Notes: generated by a model from the letters alone, not told the origin. A DNA stretch of 64,000 nucleotides from Octopus vulgaris (GCA_951406725.2 OX597830.1:39742001-39806000), one strand, 5' to 3'; shown: positions 28,341 through 43,629, counted from the first letter of the stretch. Program-made: numbers and translations.

Positions 28341-29390
28341 CAGCATTATTGAGTTATGTAGGAACTAATAGGATATTTAGCCATAACATTTGGAATATTT
28401 CAAACACAACACTATTTTCACCTCTCGCTGGAAAACTAAGGTCTGGATCTTGTTTTTAAGTGAGAGGGTGTTTACACAAGGAGAGGTCAAAGCACTTCTT
28501 ATATTATGTCCACTGGAACATTACCTCTCACTGATGAAACAGCAACCTTGGGTCAAATTTGTATCAATGATATAACTGTTCAAAGTGGGCCTCGAATGTG
28601 CATTATGTTACATTTGAATGAACAGGCCCTGATACTTTTACCGAGTAGAGTAAGATCATTGACACGCAGCTTATCATCTTAGTTAGCAACTGTGATATAC
28701 AATACTTCAACTTGGTCACTCCTATATGTTGTTCAATGAAAAAGGATGATCCAACTACTCCTTGGATAGCTATCATTCTACATTCAACAAAACAAAATAG
28801 CAGTCCATATTGTGATATTGTTTAACGTAAAATAAACATGATCAAGGTTTTCGGCGATTAAGTCATGTCATAAATGAGAAAAAATTGGAATAGTAGATCA
28901 ATACTTTTAAGGAAACACAGATAATTGTTTTAACTCCTCCTCTCACTTCCACACTCACACAGATCTTCCTCTAAGCATCAGCTCTTTCATTCCTTCACAC
29001 AAAGAATCAATGCATGTACACAATATACTTTATCTTTGTGTGTCAGGTCTTCCATAATGCATTTATTCATCGATTTAGCTACATTTGTACAATAACCACA
29101 CATAAAATTTTGGTCACTGATAAGGAATGTAATTCAACAATGTTGTTCACAGGTCTCTTTGCCATTAGAAAAGTCAGAATGTTCTTTATTATCGGAGCCT
29201 TAACTTAAATATGGCTACGTCCTTTTTGAAATAGCTTTACCACCACCACAACCACTATAAACATGTATGTACACAATTTATACCCTGTTTCTCAATGTTG
29301 TTCTTCACTTCAAGTATGTAGACATGCTTAGCTTCTGGACCACATGGTTTCACGTTCAGTATATATATATATATATACATACATACATAC

Positions 29391-29446
<56 letters not shown>

Positions 29447-29448
<2 letters not shown>

Positions 29449-29672
29449 ACCTCCTCGAACCCCCAAGAGTAAACAAGAGAGACAGAGATAGGCAGAAAGA
29501 AGGAAAATGCCCCTTGTATTTGAATACTATGCAAATATTCTTTTAAAAAACTTATTTAATTTTTCCAAAATTTAATTGTTTTCCATACTTACAGTTGAAA
29601 TGACCGAAACCGGTACTGAAATGTTTTTTATAAAATTACTTTAGCATTTTCTACCTTGAATTTTCTTTTCCA
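29447..29672 (+). mobile_element. (TA)n-embedded pLTR-like unit with a truncated hammerhead (29592-29618)
   Basis: cag-TTGAAA..TGACC-GAAA-CCGG-TA-ctg; the 5' half of stem II is missing. Confidence 0.45.
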
Positions 29673-30391
29673 TATATATATATATATTTATATATGTGTG
29701 TGTGTGTAGATATGTGTGTATGTGACTGCCTCTCAGCTTTTGTTATCTTCGAATTCACTGTAAGAATCTTTTAAATATTTCAAGTCACTACATTTAGTTC
29801 TGTATTCAATTAGTATTTATTATTTTTATACACACTCAAAGCCACCTATCTATCAACCTGTCTGTCTATCTAGCCACCTATTTTTCTAACATGCTTTCTA
29901 CCTATCCTCTTTCCTTTTTTATCTATAGTGCTTATTTTTACGCAGATATATAATTTTTTCTCGTTCTATTGGTAACAATATCACCTAAAAAGCGTAAATA
30001 AAAAAATGGTATATTATGTTATTGTAATTTTACATAAGTTTTGTCCATTTATTTTCTTTGAAATGCCAATCGCTGAACAGCAATATCGCTGGTCGCAGAT
30101 TTCTTATGGATCGGTAAGTGGTACTCTTGAATATGAGACGATGTAAGTGACAGCAAAGTGTCGTACACGATGCAAAACAAATGTCAGAGAGATTTTCTTT
30201 GAAAAATACACGTTTTATTTTTGTTTTAATTTTTCTATGATTTTCACAGCATCTTTCGGCGAAAAATATATACGTAGATTCGCACTGACAGCTACGCTCA
30301 CATACGCACACAATATACATATTTGCATCGTATATACATAGATGTGTGTGTCGGCATATATACATGTGTATATATGTCTCTGTGTGTATGA

Positions 30392-30499
<108 letters not shown>

Positions 30500-30516
30500 G
30501 TAGAAGGATATATATA

Positions 30517-30573
30517 CCCCTATGTGAGGCTATTTTCTACGGCCAATATACAGAGAACGCTTATATGCTTAAT

Positions 30574-30615
<42 letters not shown>

Positions 30616-30635
30616 CATATATATATATATATATG

Positions 30636-30680
<45 letters not shown>

Positions 30681-30719
30681 ATACATATATATATATATAC
30701 ATATATACATACATACATG

Positions 30720-30808
<89 letters not shown>

Positions 30809-30874
30809 GTGTGTAAGCTTAAGCAGATAAGCGTTCACCGTATATTGGCTACAGAAAATAGCCCCATATAGGGG
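30517..30874. mobile_element. MITE-like inverted repeat pair (~60 bp) enclosing only microsatellite
   Basis: 30517-30577 versus 30814-30874 inverted; CCCC/GGGG ends flanked by TA. Confidence 0.75.
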
Positions 30875-30875
30875 T

Positions 30876-30986
<111 letters not shown>

Positions 30987-31660
30987 CGATTTTACTGCAA
31001 GCTTCCCATGAAATTTTTGGATAAATTATTCAATCTTCAGTTTCATGCGGTTGGATCGGCTGAACGCATCTCAAGACCCTAAGTCCGCAGATTTTACTAA
31101 TAACTGGTATGCATGCTGTTCAGTTAAGTTCATATAGTTAGAATATAAAATCAATTAACCTCCTGTTCATATACTGAGCGGTATTTTTTTAACGTAAGAA
31201 TCGCATACTGTCACTATGTGTGCGCGCGCACCTTGCCAACATCTTTCGTCTGTCAAATTCTACTCATGAGACTCTGTTCAACACGGGATTATGAGAGAAG
31301 GCACTTGCCAAAGGTACAGTGAAGTAAGATTCGAACCCGGAATCGTGTTTTTGAAGAGCAAACTTCTCGACCATACTCCTCTCTTGCTCATTTTTGTTGT
31401 CGTTTAATAAGTAAGTACTGTCTCGAGCCCTTGAACTCGTAGAGATTGTTACTCGGTTTCCATGGCGTATTAGCGACCGAGATCACAACATTTTCACTGA
31501 ACGGGGCACCAGTCTGTCGCAGCTTTACTCATTTGCAGTTGAGTGAATTGGAACAACGTGAAATGAAGTGTTTTGCTCAAGAGCACAACGCACTGCACTG
31601 TCCAGGGATCGAAACCACGAGTTTGTCATAGTGCAAGTAATCACAATATTCACAGTTGCT

Positions 31661-32265
31661 AAGGCAGCGAGCTGGCAGTAACGTTAGCACACCGGGCGAG
31701 ATGCTTAGCGGTATTTCATCTGCCGCTACGTTCTGAGTTCAAATTCCGCCGAGGTCGACTTTGCCTTTCATCCTTTCGGGGTCGATTAAATAAGTACCAG
31801 TTACGCACTGGGGTCGATGTAATCGACTTAATCCGTTTGTCTATCCTTGTTCGTCCCCTCTGTGTTTAGCCCCTTGTGGGTAGTAAAGAAATAGGTATTT
31901 CATCTGCCGCTACGTTCTGAGTTCAAATTCCGCTGAGGTCGACTTTGCTTTTCATCCATTCGGGTCGATTAAGTACCAGTGAAGCACTGGGGTCGATATA
32001 ATCGACTTAATCCGTTTGTCTGTCCTTGCTTGTCCTCTCTATGTTTAGCCCCTTGTGGACAATAAAAAAATAAGAAACGTTAGCACGCGGGGCGAAATGC
32101 TTAGCCGTATTTCGTCTGCCGCTACGTTCTCAGTTCAAATTCCGCCGAGGTCGACTTTGCCTTTCATCCTTTCGGAGTCGATAAATTAAGCACTAGTTGC
32201 GTAGTATGGTCGATGTAATCCACTGGCCTCCTCTCCCAAAATTTAGAGCCTTGTGCCTAGAGTAG
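31661..32265 (+). mobile_element. Trimeric SINE family A with TSD
   Basis: aatattcacagtt at 31645-31657 and 32266-32278. Confidence 0.9.
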
Positions 32266-32367
32266 AATATTCACAGTTATTTGTTCAGAATATTCACACA
32301 CCCTATTTTCACAGTCACGCAATGAAAAATATAAGGAAGCTCACAACATCTTATTTTGGAATAAATG

Positions 32368-32812
32368 GTTTCAAATTCTGACACAGGGCCAACAGTTTCG
32401 GGAGAGGAGATAAGTCGATTACATCGGCTTCAGTGCTCAACTGGTATTTAATTTATCGACCCCGAAAGGATGAAAGGCAAAGTGGACCTCGACGGAAGTT
32501 GAACTCAGAACATAAAGACGGACGAAATGCTTCTATTCATTTTGCCCGGCGTGCTAACGATACTGCCAGCTCGCCGCCTTCGTCCATCTGATAATAATGG
32601 TATTAAATTTTGGCACAGGGCCAGCAATTTCGGACGAGGAGATATATCGATTACATCGACCTCAGTGCTCAACTGGTACTTATTTTATTGACTCTGAATG
32701 GATGAAAGGCACAGTCGACCTCAACGGAATTTGAACTCAGAACGTTAAGACGGATGAAAGGCCGCTAAGCATTTTGCCCGGCGTACAAACGATTCTACCA
32801 GCTCACCGCCTT
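32368..32812 (-). mobile_element. Dimeric SINE family A
   Basis: Shares the internal junction accattattatcaga(c/t)ggacgaaggcgg with the 27735-28340 copy. Confidence 0.85.
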
Positions 32813-33147
32813 TACCTACTTTATAATAATCCCCAAAATCAATATTCAGGCTTCTTAAAATATTTTCTATTACACATTTCTTCGGCTATTTTTCATTGAT
32901 CTAACATGACGGCCTTTTGTGTATGCCTTTATACGGTTCTCTGACGAGACAGTATTTCTTACATGTCTCTCAGTTTCCACTCATCTTTTGCTCCTACTTC
33001 AACTACAAAGCTTTGGAGAAATCCAAGAATCTCAATAAATTATAAACTACCCACGGGTTTCTTTTTTAAAGAAGAATACTTTAAAAGATTCTAATCCTAG
33101 ATTTAAAAAAAGAAATGTATTGTCACGTTTGGAATGCTTATATCTTC

Positions 33148-33377
33148 TATCTTTTACTTATTTCAGTCACTGGACTGTGGTCATGCTGGGGCACCGCCTT
33201 GAAGGACTTTAATCGAACAGATCGACCCCAGTACTTTTTCTTTTAAGTCTGATACTTATTCAGTCATTCTACTTTACCAAAACTCTATATGCGGGGACGT
33301 AAAGAAGCCGACACCGGTTGCCAAGTCGAGGTGTCAAACACAGACACAAAGACGCACACCGCACACACATACACAAT

Positions 33378-33462
<85 letters not shown>

Positions 33463-33662
33463 GACGAGCTTCCACATTCACTCACAAGGCAATGGTCGTT
33501 CCAATGCTATAGTAGAAAACACTTGCCCAAAGACTGAAGCCGGAAACATGTGGTTGTTAAGCGAGGAACCGCGAGTGGGACTGAACCCGAATACACGTGG
33601 TTGAAACGTGAGCGTCTTAACCACACAGCCATGCCAGCCATGCCAGCCATGCCAGCCATGCC
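33148..33662 (-). mobile_element. SINE family B with internal (CA)n(TA)n and a (cagccatgc)n 9-mer expansion at its head
   Basis: Matches 38120-38492; 9-mer repeated four times at ~33626-33661. Confidence 0.75.
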
Positions 33663-34329
33663 ACATATAACCATGCACATATAACAATGCCTGCGCTTGT
33701 ATGATGGTAGGACTGCCAGCTAATGCTGGACATGTGACACTGTAACACTAAGCTAAGCTCACCTCCATTGAAGCCTACCTAATCTATCTCTCTTCTCTGG
33801 CATTATACAAGCTTAGTAAACACTATCCAGTCCTCTTCTTTTGCCTAATTTCTATCCTCTGGCACTGCCTGGATATAAGCAACAACGTACAAGGTTGACC
33901 GAGAACAACACCAACCTTGTGAATAGTCAGGGTGGGTCAATAAAGAGCATTATATGTCGTTTGTCATTTAACAAAATAGTTTATTGAAAATACAATTGCT
34001 TTTAGCCCCATAATGTCTCTGGTTTTCTTTGCTTAAAAAAAATTAATTATTAACATTTTATAATCTGGAAATTTATTATAATTCATTTCAAACTGAATAT
34101 TCTATAAACGTTTTTGCGATAATTAGCAGTTTAAGATGTTTGCAAATATCATTGATTTATTCATATTTTGAAATTAACGTATTCAAACTGTCAAAACAAC
34201 GGGGATGGCTATTTTCCGAGGAAGATTAAGCGCATGAAATAAAATTTCATAATTTAATTATAATACAAATAAAATGAGCGTCACACAATTGTGTTAGCTG
34301 AGATGGAGGATTGTAAGCCATTTGAATAC

Positions 34330-34860
34330 TGGAAAAGGTTTACTTCCGTCATGATCATTCCCACCGGGTATCAAAATGCTAACATCATGACTGTTGCGCG
34401 ATTCTCTGGAAATACTGTAAAGGCTGTAAGACGTGTCACGGACATCATGAAAACCAAGTTTCCTCAAACTGTGATGGTCTTTGAGCGTGTCTTCAGTGAA
34501 AGTGACGTCATACCGCCCCACCTTTTGAACAGAGTCTCAAGGTTCAATTGAAACAGCTATGAAAAGCTGCTGGAGACTATGGTTAAACCCTGGATGGAGA
34601 TGGTTGCTACTAGAAGGTCATATATGTATCAGCAGGATTCGGCTCCTTGCCATACTTCTGAAAATAGCCAAAAGTGGTTGTCGAAGAATTTCAACGACTT
34701 CACAAGACCCGATTCTTCCATGAACTAGTGTATGAAGCGCGATTGAGGAAGACACAAACCACATTGCTTGGAACATCAAAGCCGAATTGGTGACCAAGGT
34801 CAAGGAAGTACACGAAAAACCTCCGAGAGACACAGTGAGGAACGTATGTGCCAAGTTCTG
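34330..34860 (+). mobile_element. Degraded Tc1/mariner transposase (DD37D/maT-like)
   Basis: MKTKFPQTVMVF...DVIPPH; YMYQQDSAPCHTSENSQKWL; homologous to 61234-62083. Confidence 0.75.
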
Positions 34861-34919
34861 GTGTTGTATATATAGTGGAAAATATATACGCTACAAAATC
34901 CGGAGAAACGATTTTATGA

Positions 34920-35947
34920 GCATATAGCATAGAGCGGATCTAAGCTCGCGGTATTTGTGCTCTGTATGGAGAGGGTGCCATATCTGAAAGAACCGCTCGT
35001 TATTGATATGCCAAGTTAAAAAACTGGAAATTTTGACCTCAAATAACCACTTCGTTCTGGCCGTCCAGTTGAGTTCGATGAAGAGCGATTAAACCAACGA
35101 TAATTCTCGTCAAACGACAAGGGAACTGGCAGAGAAAATTAAATGCTCCCACACTGCTATAGAGAAGCATCTTCACTTGATGGGAAAGGTTCAGAAGTAT
35201 GGGACATGGGTTCCGCATGCTTTAAGTGACAAAAACAAAAATCAACGAGCCACAATCTCCGCTGGTTTGCTTGCTTGTTACCGCTAATCTCATGGACACA
35301 AGCAACGATTTCATAACCGAATCGTTACTGGCGACGAAAAATGATGACTACATCAATATGAAGCAGCGTAAGGAATGGCTTAGCCACGGTAAACAAGCGA
35401 CACCGCGCGTGAAACAAGATCTTTATCCGCGTAAAACGATGTTGTGCGTATGGTGGGACTGGGAAGGGATTATCCATTACGAATTGCTTGAACGGAACCA
35501 ACAGATGGAACGACTCAACACGGTATTCATGAGAAAAGACCTAATCGTCAGCATGTAGTTCTTCTGCTGCACGACAACGCCCGCCTTCATATCGCCAATA
35601 TGACCAAGGAAGCCATTGGAACGCATGACTGGAAAGTGCTGTCACACCCATCGTACTCTCCTGATTTGGCACCAACGGATTTCCACCTCTTTTGATCTCT
35701 TTCAAATGCTATGCGCGGAGTTTCGTTCAATACTGATGCAAAATTGAGAGCTTGGTTGGATCAATTTCTCGAGTCAAAATTGGGTGTTTTCTACCAACGA
35801 GGTATTGAAAATCTTGTTGAACGTTGGGAAGAAGTTGTAAACAACAAGGGTGAATACATTATTCATTAATTAGTTGTTATTTTTTATTAAACCTTTTAAA
35901 AAATTTTAATTTAAAAAAAAACGGCGGGAACTTGGTTGCCAACCTAA
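34920..35947 (+). mobile_element. Mariner (DD34D) transposase pseudogene with right TIR
   Basis: RSGRP, WVPHAL, MLCVWWDWEGIIHYELL, HDNAR, HPSYSPDLAPTDFHLF; stop 35867-35869; TIR ...aacttggttgccaacctaa followed by TA. Confidence 0.92.
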
Positions 35948-36136
35948 TAGATACTGACAGGGACTATAATCGCCAATCGGTGCTTTCGGGCGATTAGAGT
36001 TGCTGTCAGTAGATGGATTGAATTATGTATATATATATATATATATCCACGATGGGGGAGGTACATAAAGATATAAACATACATACATACATACATACAT
36101 ACATACATACATACATACATACATACATACATACAT

Positions 36137-37290
36137 TTGAAAATCAAAGAGAAAGAGGATATCTATGGACAACTGCTTTGAAACCTCCAACCTCTATATC
36201 CAGACTATGAATTCATATTCATACCAATAATAATTGTGGCACTAGGTCTTGTTAGAGTTAGAGTTGGTAAATGCTTAAAGGAAAATCTGGATAAACTGAG
36301 ATTTTGAGAAAGAGAAATCGACCGGCTAATTCGTACATTACAAATCCAATCTGTGAGTGGAACAGTAAAAATATACAAGACTTTTCTTAAGTTCCAAATG
36401 TGAATTTGTCTGTGTTAACTACATCTCAAAGACAGAGCCTTGTATCTTTGTTGGTAACCGGCTCACTTCTCAGTGGAAGATTTATAATAGTTAAAAAATA
36501 AAAGAGACATACATACATAAATACATAAGAACCCACAATATGGTAGAAGCCATAGCCACTCATAATAAAAAGGAATACCGCTGGAATGTACCAGTGAAGA
36601 CCTCAGTAAAATGTAAGCACGACAGACCTGAAAAAAATGATTTGGGACAGGGAAGAGAAACTGTGCACTGATGTGGAAATTAGCTGCCCAACGAATGTTA
36701 ACATAAAGCTGAAGATCAGTGAAAAAGAGAACATTTATGCTGAACTATTGAGAAATCTACAGTTACTCTATCCAGATTACAAGTTCTGGTTTATACCTGT
36801 AATTATTGGGGCCCTGGGATATGTAACACGCTGCCTAAATATCAATCTTGAGAAATTAGACTTCTCAAAACCAGAAAGGAGAAAGCTAATTCGAAAACTA
36901 CAGATCCAATCCTTCACTGGAAATGTAAAAATCTGTAAAACTTTTCAGAAGTTTATGATTTACATATATAGAGCATGTCTAAATATATAACTATATGCAG
37001 GAGTATACATATATACAACATACAAATCTGCGCATACATACCTACTTGTATATATACCAAAAAAAGATACCCTGTTGTTGATATTGAAATTCTGTTGAAG
37101 GAGACTTGGATCTAGGTGAGAAACCGATTCTTTCTCTTTCGGCAAGAAATCTTGAAATAAACTGAATAATGACATACAAACAAAAATACCCTGTTGTTGA
37201 TGTTGAAATTCCGTAAAAGGAGCCTTGGATCTAGGTTAAAAACCGGTTCTTTTTCTATCGGCAAGAAATCTTGAAATAAACTAAATAATG
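36137..37290 (+). mobile_element. Two R4-like (restriction-like endonuclease) LINE 3' ends flanked by (CATA)n
   Basis: ORF 36637-36990 VEISCP...KE..YAELLRNLQLLYPDY.F.FIPVIIGALG...KICKTF; homologous degraded copy at 36137-36505; duplicated 3' UTR at ~37065-37290. Confidence 0.8.
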
Positions 37291-37329
37291 ACATACATAC
37301 ATACATACATACATACATACATACATACA

Positions 37330-37362
<33 letters not shown>

Positions 37363-37806
37363 GCACACTTCGCACATTTTCTGAGTGCAGAGAAAAAAGC
37401 TTTCTATATTATCAATCAATATAAGTTTTATTCTTCTAAGTTTGTACACTCCACATCTTCCTTCAGCATCAGCATCAGCAGTGTGATTGATTTTTCGTGT
37501 AGCGGAAGAATTAAGAAAAGAAGTTCTGAGAACGACTCGTGACATTGTGAGTCCTACGAGTCCAAAGGAAGTCAATGCTTTCTAAGTTCTCTAAGTATTT
37601 TTAATCATGTAGCCTATAGTGGTTTCAGTCATTAGAGTGCGGCCATGCTGGAGCACCGCCTGAGAAATTTTAGTAGAATGGATCGACCCGAGTACTTTAC
37701 TTATTTTTAAGCTCGTTACTTATTCTATTTTCCCCTTTTGACGAACCACTATGTTACCGGGACGTAAACATGACAGCAATGGTTGTCAAGCGGTGGCGGA
37801 GACAAA

Positions 37807-37867
<61 letters not shown>

Positions 37868-38119
37868 GTATTATGTGTGTGTGTGTGTAAAGGCAAGATC
37901 TAAGGATCAAGGAATAGGAAGTTAGTAAACTTCAAGCAGTCCTTAGAAGGTATAAAAAACTATCAGGAACAATAGTGGTTTATTGACGTAGAACATTACA
38001 ATTTTTTCCCGTATCGAAGTTCGATAAGCTGAAAAAAGTTATATTAGAGATAACGGTTAGCAGCTAGGGTTGCTGTGTATACGAATAAAAATTCTATTCC
38101 TTAATTTGGGATATATATT

Positions 38120-38492
38120 TCACTGCAGCCATGCTGGAGCATCGCCTTTAGTCGAGAAAATCGATCCCAGTACTTATTCTTTGTAAGCCTAATACTTATT
38201 CTATCGGTTTCTTTTGCCGAACCGCTGGTTTACGGGGACGTAAATACACCAGCATCGTCTGTCAAGCGATGTTGGGGGGGGGGGACAAACACAGACACAC
38301 AAACATATGCACACATACCTATATATATATACATATATATATACGACAGGCTTCTTTCAGTTTCCGTCGACCAGATCCACTCACAAGGCTTTGGTCAGTC
38401 CGAGGCTATAGTAGAAGACACTTGCCCAAGGTGCCACACCGTAGGACTGAACCCGGAGCCATGTGGTTGGTAAGCAAGCTTCTTAACACACA
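38120..38492 (-). mobile_element. Near full-length SINE family B
   Basis: tRNA-like head, body, internal microsatellite, ggcgatgctccagcatggctgcag tail; further copies near 5790, 9460, 10936, 12340, 19748, 24082, 37624, 46413, 46612, 48760 and 62120. Confidence 0.85.
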
Positions 38493-38823
38493 CCCACGTA
38501 CATTGAAATAATTCTTGGTTGAAGTTCTTTCCAATCACTTGAATTTTGGGGATATCCTCAAACATTTTACCCCTTTGTTTTTTTTGTCTTTTTTAATTTT
38601 CGTTCCTTTTCTCTTCGAGAATTTTTGCTTGATCTCTTCTCTATGGAAACTTTACTTCTTCAAAATTAAACAGAGTTCTCTCCCAACGATTTTTGATACA
38701 GCTTTAACGATCTCCAAAATCGTAGAAAGATAAGCTGTATGATTAAATTATGTAATTCTGCATCATACGATACATTAAACATTTAATTGTATGTGACCTT
38801 CGTTTTTTTAATCAGAATACCTG

Positions 38824-39270
<447 letters not shown>

Positions 39271-39464
39271 CTATTTACCTCCTGCATGTGTATAAATGTA
39301 CGTATGTATGTATGTATGTATGTATGTATGTATGTATGTATGTATGTATGTATGTATGTATGTATGTATATATTTATGTATGTATGCATGTATGTATATA
39401 TTTATGTATGTATGCATGTATGTATATATTTAAGTATGTATGTATATATGTCTCTCTCTGTGTA

Positions 39465-39502
39465 TCTTTCTGTTGAAGAGCGTAGGCTCGAAACGTTAAA
39501 GA
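39465..39502 (+). ncRNA. Minimal hammerhead-like motif (A6U variant)
   Basis: TCTTT-CTGTTGA-A-GAGC-gtag-GCTC-GAA-ACGT-T-AAAGA. Confidence 0.6.
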
Positions 39503-40004
39503 CTTGTTTTATTTATATTTCCTGAGCGCCATACTAATACAATTGTTCGTTTGTTTTCCACCTGCCTTCGTCTTTTGTTTATTTTCATAAAGCTTCCCGT
39601 TATATATATATATATATATATATATAAAACTATAAGAATAAGGCTTTGTAACAAGTTGCATGACCACATACCGAAAATTTTAGAAATAGCAGCCAAAGGA
39701 CTACTATTTCCTTTTTCTACAAGAATATGTCTCCACAGACAACAATATTTGTAACTCACATATGGCAAAAAAAAGAAGAAAAATAATGAAATCAAACAGT
39801 CCTCGGTTAATTACGGACGTACGTTTCTGGATTAGAATCATAAGATTCATTTCCTTTATCAACATTATATTCTGGTAAATAAATCTAGAAATGCTAGAAA
39901 AACTTACCTCTTATATTTCCGACCAAGCGTCATCGGAACATATAAAAGCTAATCAGCATATCCACATTTATATAGACACGTGAATTCACACCCACTCCAA
40001 CGCC

Positions 40005-40523
<519 letters not shown>

Positions 40524-41510
40524 ATGATCGCATTCGCAAATTGATATCATTAATATAGATAGATTAATGGGAAGAGAGATACGTTTAGTTATTTCTCTAC
40601 AGGTTTCCTCCTAACATTTACTAAATGTTACATTTATTTTTTTATAATTTTTAGATTCAATATATCAAACTGCTTTAAGTTATCACGTCACGTTTGTCAC
40701 TGTTCTGTTTTGAAGTGCTCCCATTTTCATGCAATACGCAGTTTTTCATTAAAAATCATTCCATCAAATCCACAATTCATAAATTCAGTTTTTATTTCTC
40801 TGTTGCTCTTCAGAATTGCATATTAAGCAAAAATATAGCTTGCTTTTGCTGTTTTGCTTTTATAAAAAATTCTTTGTATCTGCATGACATTTTATTACAA
40901 CAACATAGCGTATAAAAGTATCAGAAAAAAGAGTTCAGCAGACTAGCGACATAGAGTTACTATCCTTGTTGTATCAGATATCCAATCATTTGTATTGTAT
41001 CAAGTCTAAAGGTTCAAATTCCGCCGAGGACGACTTTCTTCTTTGCCCTTTCCAGACCGATAAAATAAGCACCAGTCACGTACTGAGGTTGCTGTAATCG
41101 AATCCCCCTCAGAAATCGCCGACCCTGTTCCAAAATTTGTAACTATTATATCGAGTCCATTAGACAAAAAGATCCTACAATTTCAATATTAAGGACACCA
41201 GAAAAAGTGGAACGTGAACCATTCTTAATTTTTCTTAGTATATTAGTTATGCACGCAAGACGAATTGGTCTCGGTCAGGTATTGAAACCACACTGTCATA
41301 TCGGCTGGCGAGAAGCTTATCTCCTGCTATATTGCGTTTATTCTATTCAAAAGTACATCTGAGGTTCGTTCTACCATCTTAGAAAATTACAAAATACATA
41401 GGATAATGTAATCTTAGATACATTATGTATAATAATATCGATGATGACGGATGGAATGCCTTCAAGCAAAGGTCTAGTAAATCACAACAAGGATGAAACT
41501 AAATAAATAA

Positions 41511-43629
41511 CACTGGCCAACTAATTCTAACAGTTTTTCAGCTGGCCTAAGTTTGAGACCTGTCTAGAGTAAGTTGGGGGTCACTGAGTTTTAAAATGGC
41601 AATAGTTTTTGTCCTATCACATGTATTTCTTTTTCTATGGGCTGGCCCATATTGGCCCCTCCCGTAGCTCCATGTTTGAAATGTTTGAATTCCCCTGACT
41701 CTTTTTGTTATATATGTGGGTGTTTTACAGTACCAATTCAAAGAATGAATGTTGGTGACATTGTGAAAAGATCCTACTTGTCTTACGTGAAGATTAAAGT
41801 TGGTGATCAGGATAAATCACGGGTCGGCACAATATATGTAAACCCTATGTCGAAAATGTATGCTAATGGACAAAGAACACAAGGAAACAGCTAACATTTG
41901 GCATTTCTATGATATCGAGGGAGCCAAAGAGTCATGTAAACGACTGCTACTTTTGTCTCACAAAGACCTTGTTATAGCAACAGAGCGTGACAGAAAATAA
42001 GTTACCCAAATCTGGATTCAGCAATCCATCCAGTGCTTCACTCAGATAGAATACCAGTACCTGTTTTCAAGGAACTACCTTCACTGCAAAGTGAAAGTGA
42101 TAGATGTGAAGTAGATATAAATTATGAACATGACAGTGATATAGACTTTGTAGAAACATCAACCAAAGAACGTGAAAACTTCAATCAGGCAGAACTTAAT
42201 GATCTAGGACTGTCAAAAGAATTATCAGAACTATTAGCTTCTAGAATTAAAGAGAAGAATTTGTTGCAAAAAGAAACAAACATGATTTTTTATCAGAACA
42301 AGGAAAAAGATCTCTTGGCATTCTTTACAACTGGAAAAGATTTTGTTTACCGTTGTGGCGTGGCGGGACTGTTAAACGCGATGGGTGTTGAACAGTATGA
42401 TCCTAGTGAATGGAGACTCTTTATAGATAGATCAAGGAAGAGTCTAAAATGTGTATTACTCTATAATGGAAACTTGTTTGATGCGCTTCCTGTTGGTCAG
42501 TCTGTGCACTTAAAAGAATTATGATTACATAAAAGTTGTATTAGATTTACTAAAGTATAATGAACACAAATGGGTCATATTTGTGCATGTAAAAATGGGC
42601 AACATTTTATTTGGCCAACAAGGAGGGTATACTAAATATCTGTGCTTCCTGTGTTTATGGGATAGCCGAGCGAGAGACAAGCATTGGGAACAGAAACTCT
42701 GGCCAGGCCAGTTAAATAAAGTTTGACTGTTGGAGAGAAGAAATCATACACCAACTACTTGCTGAGCGAGAGAATATCATCTTTCCACCCCTTCATATTA
42801 AACTGGGACTAATGAAGGAATTTGTTAAAGCTCTTAATGTAGAAGGTAGCAGTTTCAAATTCATATACGTGACATTTCCTGGCCTAAGTTATGATAAAAT
42901 AGCGGCTGGTGTTTTTGATGGGTCATAAATCAGAAAGTAAATGAAATGCCAGAATTTCCCGAGCTTAATGGCTGACATAGAAAAAAGAGCATGATATTCA
43001 TTTGTGGCTGTTGTGAAAGGATTTGGTGGGAGTGAAAAGGCTGCGAATAAGGATTTGGTGGAGACATTATTTGATAACTTTCATCATTTAGGGTATTATG
43101 TAACATGGGCATAGTGCTTCATTTCCTCAATAGCCATCTCGATGAATTTCCTGCTAATCTCGGACACGTGAGTGATGGGCATAGTGAGCGTTTTAATCAA
43201 GCAATCAAGATTATGGCGGAGAGATATCAAGGCCGATGGAACACACTCTTGATGGCAGACTACTGTTTGAGTATTCAAAAAGACTGTGTAGACATGAAAT
43301 ACTCCACAAGCGAAAATTTGTTCCATGAATATGAAGATATATGTACGATGGTTTTGTGCTTTATCCATCATATTAGAAACTTAATAGTATGTATTTGGTA
43401 AAAGGTGATGCTGTCTTACGTTTCATTTTCTAATGACATTTATAACTTATGGTTTGTAAACTTATCTGACCAAGTAAATTATTTATACAGTACATCATAA
43501 AATAGGGGTTGCTGAAGAATGAAAACCTGATGTGTTAGTGGGGAAATGGATGCCATATTTGAAATCAGTGTCTCAAATTTAACTAAAAGCAATCACAAAA
43601 CCGGTCAGCAAAAAGTGTGTTGACCAACG
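41511..43629 (+). mobile_element. Full-length degraded Chapaev3 (CMC superfamily) DNA transposon
   Basis: CACTGGCCAAC...GTTGACCAACG termini, TAA on both sides; frameshifted transposase with FCYICG, GDQDKS, REPKSHVNDCYFC, EWRLFID, GGYTKY.CFLCLWDSRA, PLHIKLGLMK, SDGHSERFNQ, MADYC. Confidence 0.85.

Noticed and set aside
28780-29200. Possible second ancient Chapaev3 fragment (HNMDCYF, CGYCT) on the minus strand
   Set aside because: Too degraded to support by eye
31030-31080. Minus-strand TGCG/CGCA-T-GAAA hairpin next to (TA)n
   Set aside because: Core truncated and no UH triplet
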